From the sequence record LC546831.1: a stretch of 64,000 nucleotides of DNA. The stretch is one strand, 5' to 3'. The position numbers and the translations under genes are program-made. The notes beneath the pieces are model-generated. The model was not told the origin of the DNA and made no database searches. It saw only the letters and a program-made list of their open reading frames with translations. How positions within the stretch are numbered: position 1 is the first letter of the stretch; every line of letters begins with the position of its first letter. The stretch comes from a plasmid. Below are positions 38,726-48,308 of the stretch, one piece after another.

Positions 38726-39092
38726 TGGGTGGACGGAAGCCTATGGTTGGGGCTTGTCGCCTGCTGAACGCATTTCTGAGCAACAGGGCTATCTGAAAGA
38801 GCTGCGCCATTTTAACGATCAGTGGAAACCGGAAAGAGCGCAGCGGCTGATGGAACTGCTGATGACCATCGCCGATAACGTGCTGGACTCGGTGACGAAC
38901 TGGAAAGACGTGGGCGCTTTTGGTGATAAACCCCGCGTTCCTTACATGATCGTTCGTTGCTGGCTGGACGCGATGGCGTTGGCGCCAGAGATGTGCGGCG
39001 AAATGGGCAGCAACGCCGTGGCGTATGTGCTCGAAAAATTGGAGGGGAAATTTGAGTTTGAATGCGCGATGACCCGGATGGATCACCCATAA
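38670..39092 (+). CDS. Hypothetical protein (140 aa), MNTQNV-leader family, paralog B
   Basis: N-terminus MNTQNVNVKTATKERSERYG; DKPRVPYMIVRCW region homologous to paralog A. Confidence 0.5.
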   Translation: MNTQNVNVKTATKERSERYGWTEAYGWGLSPAERISEQQGYLKELRHFNDQWKPERAQRLMELLMTIADNVLDSVTNWKDVGAFGDKPRVPYMIVRCWLDAMALAPEMCGEMGSNAVAYVLEKLEGKFEFECAMTRMDHP

Positions 39093-39151
39093 ATTTTACC
39101 GGCCGGGCGGCGGTGCTGCTGCCCGGCCTATCACGAGAAGGAGATAAGACT

Positions 39152-39568
39152 ATGAAACAGAGCATCAACACCGCCGCCAAAGGATCGCCTGATGATTGGG
39201 ATGTAAAAGCCTGCCTGTTCGTTACTCAAGAGATCGGCCGCTTTTCTGTCAAATTCTCGGCGCCTTGCATCGGGGGCACTGTGAACCTGAGTTGCAGCCA
39301 CATCACCAACGCCTGCAATCCATTTGATGCAGTAATGCGATTTGCGCACGAAACCAGCGCGAAGGGCTGCACGGTGTACGCCGTGGAACAGGTCGAGCCT
39401 GTGCGCCCTGTTTGCCTGAGCACAGCCGGGTATCGCTTTATGCAAAAAGGCTTCATCTGGCTGTGTCTTGATACCGGCGTGATCGTCGAAGTGTCAGAGG
39501 ATGGCCGGATGCGGCGCGGGGATGATGGCTGCACGTTGCCGTACTACGGCACGTTAACCCGCATTTAA
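39152..39568 (+). CDS. Hypothetical Cys-rich protein (138 aa)
   Basis: GAAGGAG RBS. Confidence 0.4.
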   Translation: MKQSINTAAKGSPDDWDVKACLFVTQEIGRFSVKFSAPCIGGTVNLSCSHITNACNPFDAVMRFAHETSAKGCTVYAVEQVEPVRPVCLSTAGYRFMQKGFIWLCLDTGVIVEVSEDGRMRRGDDGCTLPYYGTLTRI

Positions 39569-39603
39569 CCGATGGAAAACCACCCTAACAGAGGAGAAAA
39601 ACG

Positions 39604-39951
39604 ATGTATCAGACCGAAATCAGCACTGAAAACCGCATGTTGTGGGATGCCAGCACCGAGGCCTCTTATTGGCAGCTAAGGGAGCAAGAAGCACGCACAG
39701 AAATCGTGGAGATCACCCTGACGGAGTTTATGGACGCGATCGCGGTGTTGTACCCGAAAGACTGGGAGGGAGACGCACATAGCGAAACTTTCAAGCTGGC
39801 CGAAATGTACTGCGGGGACGTTACCTACATTTTCGCCAAAGTCGGCGATCGCTATTTTAAGTTCCGTGACGTGGTGACGTTATCGCATAGCGCCATTTTG
39901 GCGCGGATCAATAAGGAGGTGCTAAACCGGGAAACGAAGACTCAGAAATGA
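39604..39951 (+). CDS. Hypothetical protein (115 aa)
   Basis: ORF. Confidence 0.4.
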   Translation: MYQTEISTENRMLWDASTEASYWQLREQEARTEIVEITLTEFMDAIAVLYPKDWEGDAHSETFKLAEMYCGDVTYIFAKVGDRYFKFRDVVTLSHSAILARINKEVLNRETKTQK

Positions 39952-40040
39952 AAAAAGCAGCGTTTCCGCTGCTCTCTCATGCCGGTTTACCCCTGAGAAA
40001 GCTAGACCGGCGTTCTATCAAACTACATGGAGTATCGACC

Positions 40041-40304
40041 ATGAAATCGAAAGACCCGAGCATCATGACAGTAACTGACGAGTATGTAAAGCGCCTGCAG
40101 GCAGAGTGCGATCATGTGAAGCGCCAGCGGCGGATCGCGCGCGGCGATATAGCCGCCGCCGACGTCGATCCGGATCTGCGGTCGTTCGGGCGTCATATCG
40201 CCGGGTGTGTCCGCAAGGGCAAATCAGTCCGGGTGCCGTCGATGCGGGGCAGTGAGTGGGGGCACGTTCTGCGTGCGCTGGAGTTAACGCGGGCAATGGC
40301 CTGA
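40041..40304 (+). CDS. Hypothetical protein (87 aa; longer ORF from 39948 possible)
   Basis: ORF. Confidence 0.3.
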   Translation: MKSKDPSIMTVTDEYVKRLQAECDHVKRQRRIARGDIAAADVDPDLRSFGRHIAGCVRKGKSVRVPSMRGSEWGHVLRALELTRAMA

Positions 40305-40356
40305 TAACGCGAGCCGCCCCGAAACCGGGGCGGCTATTCACTGACCCGGAGGTTAA

Positions 40357-41157
40357 TTGATGTCACAACTCTCTTTTGATGCCCTGTTTTCTGTGCCCGT
40401 CGATGCGGTGCGCCCGGCGGAAAAGAACGTCAGGGCTGATGCTTTAGAACAGCCAAAACCCGCCGACCCTGTACCAGGACGGAAACGGACAATCACCGGC
40501 GATGATCCGCGGAAGGCGTTTTTGAGTACGTTTCGTGAAACGGCGCGTAATCACCATCGGTACGAGGTTTTCAGCGATTTCGTGAAGTTGGCGGCCTGTG
40601 CTTTGGAGAATGCCTGTTTAAAGTCGCCGGATATCGAGGCGGAGTATATGGCCACAATACAACGCTATGAGAAGGCAGACGCGCAGCGCATGGCGCAGCT
40701 GCTTTCGTGGCTGGTCATCGGGCTGGAGCAGAATATGGGGGATTTTCTCGGCTCACTGTTTATGGAGCTGGAGCTGGGCAGCGGCCACATCGGCCAGTTT
40801 TTCACGCCGTTCCATCTTTCTGAGCTGATGGCGGGACTGGTGGCCGGTGATCGGCTGGCGGCGCTGGAAAATGAGCCGTATATCACGCTGTCCGAACCGA
40901 CCAGCGGCGCGGGCGGGATGGTGATCGCGTTTGCCAAAGTGATGCTGGCGCGCGGCTATAACCCGCAAACGCAGCTGCGCGCCGACTGCGTGGACATCGA
41001 TCCGGTGGCGGCGCGGATGTGTTACATCCAGCTGTCGCTGTTGGGTATCCCGGCGCGCGTGGTGATCGGCAACAGCCTGACACTGAAGTATCAGCGCGAG
41101 ATGTATACACCGTTTTGGTATCGCGTGACGTCCACGCGCTGGCCGATGTATCGCTAA
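40357..41157 (+). CDS. HsdM-like / N6-adenine methyltransferase-like protein with an apparently degenerate catalytic motif (266 aa)
   Basis: Motif-I-like LSEPTSGAGGMVIAFAKVM (AdoMet-binding G-loop), but the expected (D/N)PP(F/Y) position reads VVIGNSLTLK. Confidence 0.45.
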   Translation: MMSQLSFDALFSVPVDAVRPAEKNVRADALEQPKPADPVPGRKRTITGDDPRKAFLSTFRETARNHHRYEVFSDFVKLAACALENACLKSPDIEAEYMATIQRYEKADAQRMAQLLSWLVIGLEQNMGDFLGSLFMELELGSGHIGQFFTPFHLSELMAGLVAGDRLAALENEPYITLSEPTSGAGGMVIAFAKVMLARGYNPQTQLRADCVDIDPVAARMCYIQLSLLGIPARVVIGNSLTLKYQREMYTPFWYRVTSTRWPMYR

Positions 41158-41493
41158 CAACAGAGGCGGGCAGGGGGATCCTGCCCGATAACGCATGGCA
41201 GAAGAAAATGAAACGCCGGCGTTACTGGGCGAATTGACCGACCGGGGCGGGAACCGCTAGGCACTGTGCAACTCGACGCCTGAAGGATGCGGTGCACTAT
41301 TACGCGTGAGCCTGGCAGCAAAGAGGGTGCCGGTACAAAAGGCAGAATAAGAACAGAGTACGGCGCCTGCGGCGCCGTTCTTATTCCTCATTCCCGTTCT
41401 GAGTGTGCCCACTTGTTATGTCGGCATGTACTTGTTTGTCGTCCTACCACTCTTATTTCCCCGCACCAGGTGTAAAAAACCATTCCACAAGAA

Positions 41494-42000
41494 CTGGCGC
41501 TTCCTTCGGTGGCCGGTCGCAAGCGCCCAGCCATCAAGCCCTACTCGACTAGCCGCCCGCGCGCGGTCGCCAAGTCTCGCCGAACCCCTTCGGGTTTCGG
41601 GCCAGCCGGCTAGGGTCTGAAAGCCAACATCAAGGTCAACCCCCTACGCTTGCAGCCGGCGATGCCGGCGCCGCTTTAACTGTTCGTTGCCTGGCAACGA
41701 ACGCTAAGGACGCCCCGGCTTGTCGCCGTGTCGGGTGCGTACCTGCTCATATTGCCGGTGGCTATCTCTCATCGGCCCTTACGCGGCCGCTTTTGTAGCA
41801 CCGTCGCCCGGTTGCCCGCAAGGGTGAAATGCACGCCGCAAGCGGCGCCCTTGCTGTCCCCCGTTCGCCGTCGCTACGTCAGCTTTTTGCCGCGCAAGGT
41901 TCCGACGAGAGATAGATAACCCACCCAGGAAGGAGAACAGCATGAACACACGAAACGTCAAAGTCCAAACCGCCACGAAGGAACACTCTGAAAGATACGG
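41494..42000. repeat. Frpo/ssi-like leading-region repeat, copy R3
   Basis: Aligned with R1 and R2. Confidence 0.8.
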
Positions 42001-42226
42001 GGAAAAGATCATCGCTGATTTGGATTCGTTGCTGCAGAAAACAAGCCGGGCGCTGTTTAAGTTTCAGAAAAATGCGAACAGAAGTGCACTCGGCATTCAA
42101 ACAGCTGCGCTGAGCCAGGAACTTGAAATATTGGTGAAGGGAGTACCGGCCATCCCGGATATTCAGGAAAGAGTGAATAAGGTGGCCGAACTGCTGCACA
42201 TTATGGAAGATTTTTCGGCCCAATAA
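41942..42226 (+). CDS. Hypothetical protein (94 aa), MNTQNV-leader family, paralog C, unrelated C-terminal body
   Basis: N-terminus MNTRNVKVQTATKEHSERYG. Confidence 0.45.
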   Translation: MNTRNVKVQTATKEHSERYGEKIIADLDSLLQKTSRALFKFQKNANRSALGIQTAALSQELEILVKGVPAIPDIQERVNKVAELLHIMEDFSAQ

Positions 42227-42310
42227 TAACAGTGGCCATTTAATTAGTGAGTAAGGCTGGTTAATCCAGCTATTCACCGCACACATACATCAGAAAGAAA
42301 GGAGAATATC

Positions 42311-43138
42311 ATGCGTCTGACTTCCCGTTTCGGCCGTTATAACGCCATCCGTAAAGACCGCCCGTTAACCAACGACGAATTAATGAACGTGGTGCCGAGC
42401 GTGTTTTCTGAAGATAAACACGATTCGCGCAGTGACCGTTATACCTACATCCCCACCATTACGCTGCTGGATAAATTACGTGAGGAAGGTTTTCAGCCGT
42501 TTTATGCCTGCCAGACACGCGTTCGGGATGAAAGCAAACGCGGCCATACCAAACACATGCTGCGGCTGCGCCGGGAAAATATGATTGCCTCCGGCAATAA
42601 GGAAGTGCCCGAAATCGTATTGTTGAACAGCCACGACGGGAGCAGCAGTTACCAAATGATCCCCGGCATGTTCCGCTATGTCTGCGCCAACGGCATGGTA
42701 TTTGGTCAATCGTTCGGTGATGTCAGAGTGCCGCATAAAGGCGACGTAGTCGGGCAGGTGATTGAGGGGGCTTATGAAGTGCTAGGTATATTTGACCGCG
42801 TCGATAATGATCTCGATACCATGAAATGCATTTCACTGACCGAGCGCGACCAGGAATTGTTTGCGCGGGCGGCGTTAAGTTATCGCTACGAGTATGAAGA
42901 TAAATCCCCAATCAAGCCGTCCCAGGTTTTGCGTCCGCGTCGGCGTGAAGATTACGGCAATGATTTATGGACGACATTCCAGCGCGTTCAGGAAAACATG
43001 ATTAAAGGCGGATTACCCGGTAAAAGCGCTACCGGGAAAAATACCCGGACTCGGGCGGTCAACGGTATCGATGGCGATATAAAACTGAACCGTGCGTTAT
43101 GGTTGATTGCGGATGAATTCAAAAACCGAATGAAATAA
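42311..43138 (+). CDS. DUF932-family protein (YfjQ/YafZ-like), common in leading regions and CP4-type prophages
   Basis: MRLTSRFGRYNAIRKDRPLTNDELMNVVPSVFSE... characteristic N-terminus. Confidence 0.65.
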   Translation: MRLTSRFGRYNAIRKDRPLTNDELMNVVPSVFSEDKHDSRSDRYTYIPTITLLDKLREEGFQPFYACQTRVRDESKRGHTKHMLRLRRENMIASGNKEVPEIVLLNSHDGSSSYQMIPGMFRYVCANGMVFGQSFGDVRVPHKGDVVGQVIEGAYEVLGIFDRVDNDLDTMKCISLTERDQELFARAALSYRYEYEDKSPIKPSQVLRPRRREDYGNDLWTTFQRVQENMIKGGLPGKSATGKNTRTRAVNGIDGDIKLNRALWLIADEFKNRMK

Positions 43139-43239
43139 CAGAGTGCCCCGGTAATGACGCCCATCAATACCGGGGCCGAACACTGCTACAGAACGTACAG
43201 TTAACACAGCGCGGACAGTATGAAATAACGAGGTGAAAG

Positions 43240-43536
43240 ATGCAAACGGAAAATTTACGGGTATGCAGTACGGCGCATTTTACATCGGAAGATAACGAGC
43301 TGTTAGCGACAATGGCAGGGCAGGCGGCTTTTAGTTCCTGGGTGGTTAACATCCAGTACGGTTATATTCTGGTGCTGACGGATTATCGCTGGCGGCTGCG
43401 GGTATTAAAGTCACAAGGAGCGTCAAAGGCGCTGAGGTGGTTTTTAATTCATCAGATAAAATATCACCGTATAGGCTACATCCATTTTGATTGTGATGCG
43501 CCCATTCTCCCCGGTCACGAAGTTTTTGAATGGTAG
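43240..43536 (+). CDS. Hypothetical protein (98 aa)
   Basis: ORF. Confidence 0.35.
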   Translation: MQTENLRVCSTAHFTSEDNELLATMAGQAAFSSWVVNIQYGYILVLTDYRWRLRVLKSQGASKALRWFLIHQIKYHRIGYIHFDCDAPILPGHEVFEW

Positions 43537-43821
43537 CGCGCTGATAAGAGCCGTCCCCATCGAGGGGGCGTCTCTTATTCTCCCCGCCCGCCCAGCGGGA
43601 AATAAATTTCCCGCTCCCGCTGCCCCAAAGGGGCGCCCAGGTTAGCACCAAAAAACGGTAACGTTTTTTGGTGGTGTCCGTTAACTCTGCGATCCGCTTA
43701 CCCACATCTACACAATCGACGTTATTTCACCTTCACCCGGTGAAATAACCGCTCCCGTTCGTTTCCCATTAAGGTGATGGGAAACTTCACTGGCTTTGTC
43801 TTATGTGCATATGTGGATAAA

Positions 43822-44292
43822 CTACGGGTTCTGGACGAGGAGGGGTTGCTGCTTGCTGGCTTTTATCGCCCGGTAGGTCTTTTCGATTTTGCTTGCATAC
43901 TTATAACGTCGTTGCGCCTGCTTAGGCGAATCTTTAAATCCTGCATTATAAGCACCTACTGCCTGCCAGGTCGCTCCCCACTTCTTAAAGGCAATCGCGA
44001 GATAATAAGCACCGGTGTAGATGTTCATGCACGGATCTTGCTTCAGGTGCCGTTCTGAAACCCCTATCGATGAGAGCGAGTTAAAGTGCTGGGAGTCAAT
44101 TTGCATTAACCCCACGCCGTACCCTGTTGTAGGATTTGGACCGATAGCCACGGGATTAAACCGTGACTCGTTCCATGAAATAGCACGTAGCAGATCCGGG
44201 TCGATGTGATAATCACGACCCGCCATGTCAAAACAATCAGCCATAGCGGCCGTTGAACTGAATAGCATTAACACTGCGATGAGGTTCTTCAT
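43822..44292 (-). CDS. Lytic transglycosylase (F gene X/orf169, R1 P19 family) with signal peptide
   Basis: SLT-domain motifs [11 protein letters not shown]...GLMQI...YNAG; sits next to oriT. Confidence 0.85.
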   Translation of the reverse strand: MKNLIAVLMLFSSTAAMADCFDMAGRDYHIDPDLLRAISWNESRFNPVAIGPNPTTGYGVGLMQIDSQHFNSLSSIGVSERHLKQDPCMNIYTGAYYLAIAFKKWGATWQAVGAYNAGFKDSPKQAQRRYKYASKIEKTYRAIKASKQQPLLVQNP

Positions 44293-44299
44293 GTTATCC

Positions 44300-44720
44300 T
44301 TAAAATCCCTAGCCCTGGTGAAAATCTAGCCTTTTCGGGATCTCGAGTCAACAAATTCGCGCTCTTTGGGTTAACAGCATCACACCCCACGCAAAAATTC
44401 TTTTTGCAGATAATTCCATTATAAACAATGTGATAGCGTTATTTTTAAAGATATGGTTTGAGTTAATGAACTTTAAGTGAATCGCTTGTGATTTACTGGT
44501 GATTCGTATAAAAATCATATTTGGATTCGCATGTGATTCATTCTATAAAATACAGTAAGTTATATGATAAATTGTGAAACAATTGCAGAAAGTGATTCGT
44601 CTATGAATTGTGTAATCACTTGTTAATATGGCTAAAAACTGATATATGAATCGTCAGTGAATCATTATTTGCGATTCGAGAATTCAAAATAACTTATCGT
44701 GATGGAGTGAAAAGTAACCT
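44300..44720. promoter_or_regulatory. oriT: oriT region, with the putative nic site on the minus strand between 44381 and 44382, within ...TTTTTGCGTGGGGTGT^GATGCTG... Downstream AT-rich traM promoter region carries 10 or more TGATTCG/CGAATCA motifs (candidate TraM/IHF binding sites)
   Basis: Reverse complement of 44375-44397 closely matches the F nic region TTTGCGTGGGGTGT^GGTGCT; repeats read directly. Confidence 0.55.
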
Positions 44721-44722
44721 AA

Positions 44723-45103
44723 ATGGCTAAAGTTCAAATTTATCTTTCAGATGAAACTTATAAGGACATAGAGCAACAGCTTATCACACATCGAGGAGAA
44801 AAGGGGCGTCAGGAGTCATTCTCTTCTTTTTCATCAATGTTGTTAGAACTTGGATTGAGAGTTTATAAAGCTCAACGAGAATCCGTTGCAGACCCATTTG
44901 ATCAAACGTCATTTAATAAAACTCTATTAGAGAATGTGTTGCTCACCAGTTTTACTATGTCAAAACTTCTGGGTATTAACTCTCACAATACTGAAATACA
45001 AGGGTTGTCACACTTTGTGATGAGAGACATGGTTAATGATATTAAAACGAAGACTTCTGATGAAATGTTAAAAATATTTACAGTGAAAGACGAATTTGAG
45101 TGA
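44723..45103 (+). CDS. traM: TraM (relaxosome accessory protein)
   Basis: MAKVQIYLSDETYKDIEQ... similar to F TraM MAKVNLYISNDAYEKI...; ...ASMLLELGLRV conserved; 126 aa. Confidence 0.85.
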   Translation: MAKVQIYLSDETYKDIEQQLITHRGEKGRQESFSSFSSMLLELGLRVYKAQRESVADPFDQTSFNKTLLENVLLTSFTMSKLLGINSHNTEIQGLSHFVMRDMVNDIKTKTSDEMLKIFTVKDEFE

Positions 45104-45113
45104 TAACTAGGGG

Positions 45114-45129
45114 GGCGTCGCCCGACGCC
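45114..45129. terminator. Hairpin GGCGTCGCCCGACGCC between convergent traM and the histidine kinase gene
   Basis: GC stem 11 bp after the traM stop. Confidence 0.35.
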
Positions 45130-45134
45130 TTCCC

Positions 45135-46847
45135 TTATAAAATCTCGTTTATTTTACTATTAATTTCTGATGTTCGTACCGGTTTAATAAGAACTGGCAC
45201 ACCATCAATTTCCTTTTCATTTGAGTAGGCAGTAATAAATATAAATGGTGTGTGCTTATTAGGTCCTTCCTCTCTTCTTATATATTTGAATAATTGGTCT
45301 CCGTTCATCATTGGCATTTGTAAATCCGATAAAATAACATCATAAGGCTTTCGCATTAACTTCTCTATTGCTCGATTTACTGATGATATTGACTCTCCAC
45401 GATACCCACAGCTGTTTAGAGTGGATGTCATCACGGAACAAGTTAACTCATTATCATCAATAAACAATATATTTATACCTTTATGCATCGCTTCAATTGT
45501 GTTATCACTTAGAACAATATCGCTAACATCAACATTTGATATTTCGACTGGGAGCTGAACTGTAAAGGTAGTCCCTATGCCTAGCTCACTGCTCAAGTGG
45601 ATATTACCGTTCATAGCTCGTATAACACCCTCAACTATAGCCAACCCCATGCCTGAACCAGGTATCCGAGATGTAGGGTTATCTATCCGTATGAATGGTT
45701 GGAAAATAGTTTTAAATTTCTCTTTAGGGATACCTATGCCAGTGTCAGATATCTGTATCGTAAGTGTGCTATTCTTATGTGATTTTGTTATTTGGCATGT
45801 AACCGTAATTAACCCTGCTTCCGTATACTTGAATGCATTAGTTAGCAAGTTTTCAACTACTTGTGATATTCTTGCAGAGTCACTTTTTATAAATACGTTG
45901 GGGCACTCTACCAAACTTGCTTTTAGATTATCTGATTTGTATTTCGAGTTGCAATCTGAAACTATGTTGCTTATAAGTGCTGCTATATTAAAATCGGATT
46001 TGTTTATTTTTACTGCGCCATTATCGATCTGAGCATACTCTGACAGATCACTCATTTGTCTCTCAATTTGAGTGGCAGCGTTTTCTAGTCTACGTATTAC
46101 TAGTTCATCGACTTTCTTATCTTTCGTGTTCATTATTAATTCAATTGAACCCACGATAGCTTGTAATGATGTTCTTAGTTCATGGCCAAGTTTCCCAAGG
46201 AATGCATTTTTATTATTGAATGATTTTTTCTCAGAATCTAACTGTTTATTAATAAGAATGATTTGCCTAAAAGATAGAGATACCATAATAAGCAATAAGA
46301 GATATAAGGTGATAATCGGTATCTTTATTGAACTCCATTTGTTCAGGTAGTCCTCATGAAGGATAGTTCTTTGCCTAACTTCGGCATGATCTGATATAGC
46401 GATCAGGTTTTTGTTCTCAATACTTATATCTTCAATATCTTTCAGGATGATCTCGTAATTCGTATTTTGTGAATTTAGCTCTTGGTCAATTTCATTCAAT
46501 ATGCTGTTGATTTTCGAAATTGACTCCGCATACCCTTGCTCCTCGTATAGGTAACGAGTTGACATGCTCTTGTTTAGTAACACATTGGACCCAGAAAATA
46601 GTAAGTCCAGGTCTTGTTGTAAACCCTGCTTATCATCAATCTTTAGACGCAATTGCCTTTCTGTCCTGGCACCGAAAGCTGCAAGCCGAATTGAAAATTT
46701 TGCAATCGCCCATGCGTAGTTTTCCTGTGGGCCAGCAGAGTTAATATTGTGCATTGATGAGAAATAGCGGTCATACATCCAGAAAAATGCCGAACTCAGT
46801 ACGACCAAAACAACAATGTATTGTGTTATGATACGTTTCAGTTTCAT
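45135..46847 (-). CDS. Hybrid sensor histidine kinase (two TM, periplasmic sensor, HisKA, HATPase_c, C-terminal receiver; no HPt), low-GC
   Basis: H-box LGKLGHELRTSLQAIVGSIELI; G-boxes DTGIGIP and GSGMGLAIV; receiver ILFIDDN...ILSDLQMP...LIKPV. Confidence 0.8.
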   Translation of the reverse strand: MKLKRIITQYIVVLVVLSSAFFWMYDRYFSSMHNINSAGPQENYAWAIAKFSIRLAAFGARTERQLRLKIDDKQGLQQDLDLLFSGSNVLLNKSMSTRYLYEEQGYAESISKINSILNEIDQELNSQNTNYEIILKDIEDISIENKNLIAISDHAEVRQRTILHEDYLNKWSSIKIPIITLYLLLLIMVSLSFRQIILINKQLDSEKKSFNNKNAFLGKLGHELRTSLQAIVGSIELIMNTKDKKVDELVIRRLENAATQIERQMSDLSEYAQIDNGAVKINKSDFNIAALISNIVSDCNSKYKSDNLKASLVECPNVFIKSDSARISQVVENLLTNAFKYTEAGLITVTCQITKSHKNSTLTIQISDTGIGIPKEKFKTIFQPFIRIDNPTSRIPGSGMGLAIVEGVIRAMNGNIHLSSELGIGTTFTVQLPVEISNVDVSDIVLSDNTIEAMHKGINILFIDDNELTCSVMTSTLNSCGYRGESISSVNRAIEKLMRKPYDVILSDLQMPMMNGDQLFKYIRREEGPNKHTPFIFITAYSNEKEIDGVPVLIKPVRTSEINSKINEIL

Positions 46848-47332
46848 TTTGGATCTACCGTTATATGTTCTACTTGCCATACAAATCGCGAGTAAAAAAT
46901 AGGTTTGTTAAGCTCTTCATAATGTTCATCTAAAGGATATATTACGAAGTAGGGACCAAAGTCGCGCACTTTTAACGGGGTATCATTTCTTTTGCTTGCA
47001 AGGATAATGTTGTACTTATCAACATCACTCATCGGAATGTCTACCCAATAGTCGTTTAAGGCATGGACTCGTACTATTTTTCCCGTTATGCCAACTTCTG
47101 TGAGTATGTCTTTGAAGCTTGTCCCGGTAAATTTTTCTTTCGGTGTCCAGGCAGTTGACGTCGTTATTGATGTCTTTGGTAGGGCATCCATCATAGCTTT
47201 CGTTAAAGTGACCGTGGTTTGTGTACTCCCATCAGTTACTCTCAGGTCACCTATCGGACGATCCTCTGCTTTCGTAATTATTGAGAAAAGACCAATAAAC
47301 ATAATTGCAGCATATTTTTTAAGCGTTTTCAT
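46844..47332 (-). CDS. Periplasmic protein with an oxidoreductase molybdopterin-binding-like fold (YedY/MsrP-like core, no Cys); signalling accessory
   Basis: Signal peptide; FTGTSFKDIL...IVRVHALNDYWVDIPMSDVDKYNIILASKRNDTPLKVRDFGPYFVIYP follows the sulfite-oxidase-family Mo-domain pattern; overlaps the kinase start. Confidence 0.45.
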   Translation of the reverse strand: MKTLKKYAAIMFIGLFSIITKAEDRPIGDLRVTDGSTQTTVTLTKAMMDALPKTSITTSTAWTPKEKFTGTSFKDILTEVGITGKIVRVHALNDYWVDIPMSDVDKYNIILASKRNDTPLKVRDFGPYFVIYPLDEHYEELNKPIFYSRFVWQVEHITVDPK

Positions 47333-48308
47333 AATAGCTCTCAAATTTCTTTTCTATGTATTGAATTAGTGACGGATTGTTGCTTTCATGCATCCCATTG
47401 ACTTTTTCACTGCCAATATAAACGGAGGTGCAGTTATTATAGTATTTGCTACGTAACTCTGGCTGTATTGATGTGAAAATGCAAAATGTAGGAATGTTGT
47501 AGCCAGCAGCTACATGTAGAGCAGATGAATCGCAAGTGTATAGGTATGATGAGTTAGCAATCATTTCTATGTACTGTCTTGTACTTTTACACATGCTTGT
47601 TACATTAAAGTATTTAGAATGATTCGATATTCCAAACCCGTATACTGGTAATCTAAATTTTTCATAAAGCATCGTGACAATTTTGTCATGATGCTTCTCA
47701 GGGATCGATCTGAGCTTAGTGCTGGCATACGGGCAGAATAATATATATTTGCTTTTTTTATTCTGAGGGATGGCTCGCTTTAACCAGGTGTTTCTCTTCC
47801 AGTCTTCATCTATTGAGTTATAGTCTAACCCTATGGTTTTCATGAAAAAATCATGCATTTCTAGTTCATTGAAGTCCTTCCAATACACCTGATTACCAAT
47901 ATCTACATTGGTATCATTTGGAGATATGTCCTGCAATGAAAATGGCATGTATTCTATTTTGCTTATGATTTCCTTAGCTTCATAGTATATGTCGTTTACA
48001 TATTTTGCGCAGTTTTTTGGCCGAATTACCCGGATTCTAATCTGGTCATTAATTTTTTTTATTGCTTCTAATGCACTGATGCCTATGATTGAATCACCAA
48101 GCGTAACACCCATTCCGTTTATTATCGTTAAGTCACGCGTCAATCTGTAGTCTATCGTGAAGTTTCTCAATGCACTGTTTAGTACCAAGCTACTGTTCAG
48201 CTTGGTCAGTTCACGTTCAATGGGACTGTATATTAAATCGAATGCAGAGACTATATCTGTTGAATTCAATAATAAACTGCCATTGTTTTGTGAAATGTCA
48301 ATGTTCAT
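47319..48308 (-). CDS. Glycosyltransferase family 9 (heptosyltransferase)-like protein, low-GC
   Basis: C-terminal TCDSSALHVAAGYNIPTFCIF resembles the GT9 motif G.DSG.MHLAAA.G.P.V.LF. Confidence 0.55.
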   Translation of the reverse strand: MNIDISQNNGSLLLNSTDIVSAFDLIYSPIERELTKLNSSLVLNSALRNFTIDYRLTRDLTIINGMGVTLGDSIIGISALEAIKKINDQIRIRVIRPKNCAKYVNDIYYEAKEIISKIEYMPFSLQDISPNDTNVDIGNQVYWKDFNELEMHDFFMKTIGLDYNSIDEDWKRNTWLKRAIPQNKKSKYILFCPYASTKLRSIPEKHHDKIVTMLYEKFRLPVYGFGISNHSKYFNVTSMCKSTRQYIEMIANSSYLYTCDSSALHVAAGYNIPTFCIFTSIQPELRSKYYNNCTSVYIGSEKVNGMHESNNPSLIQYIEKKFESYYENA

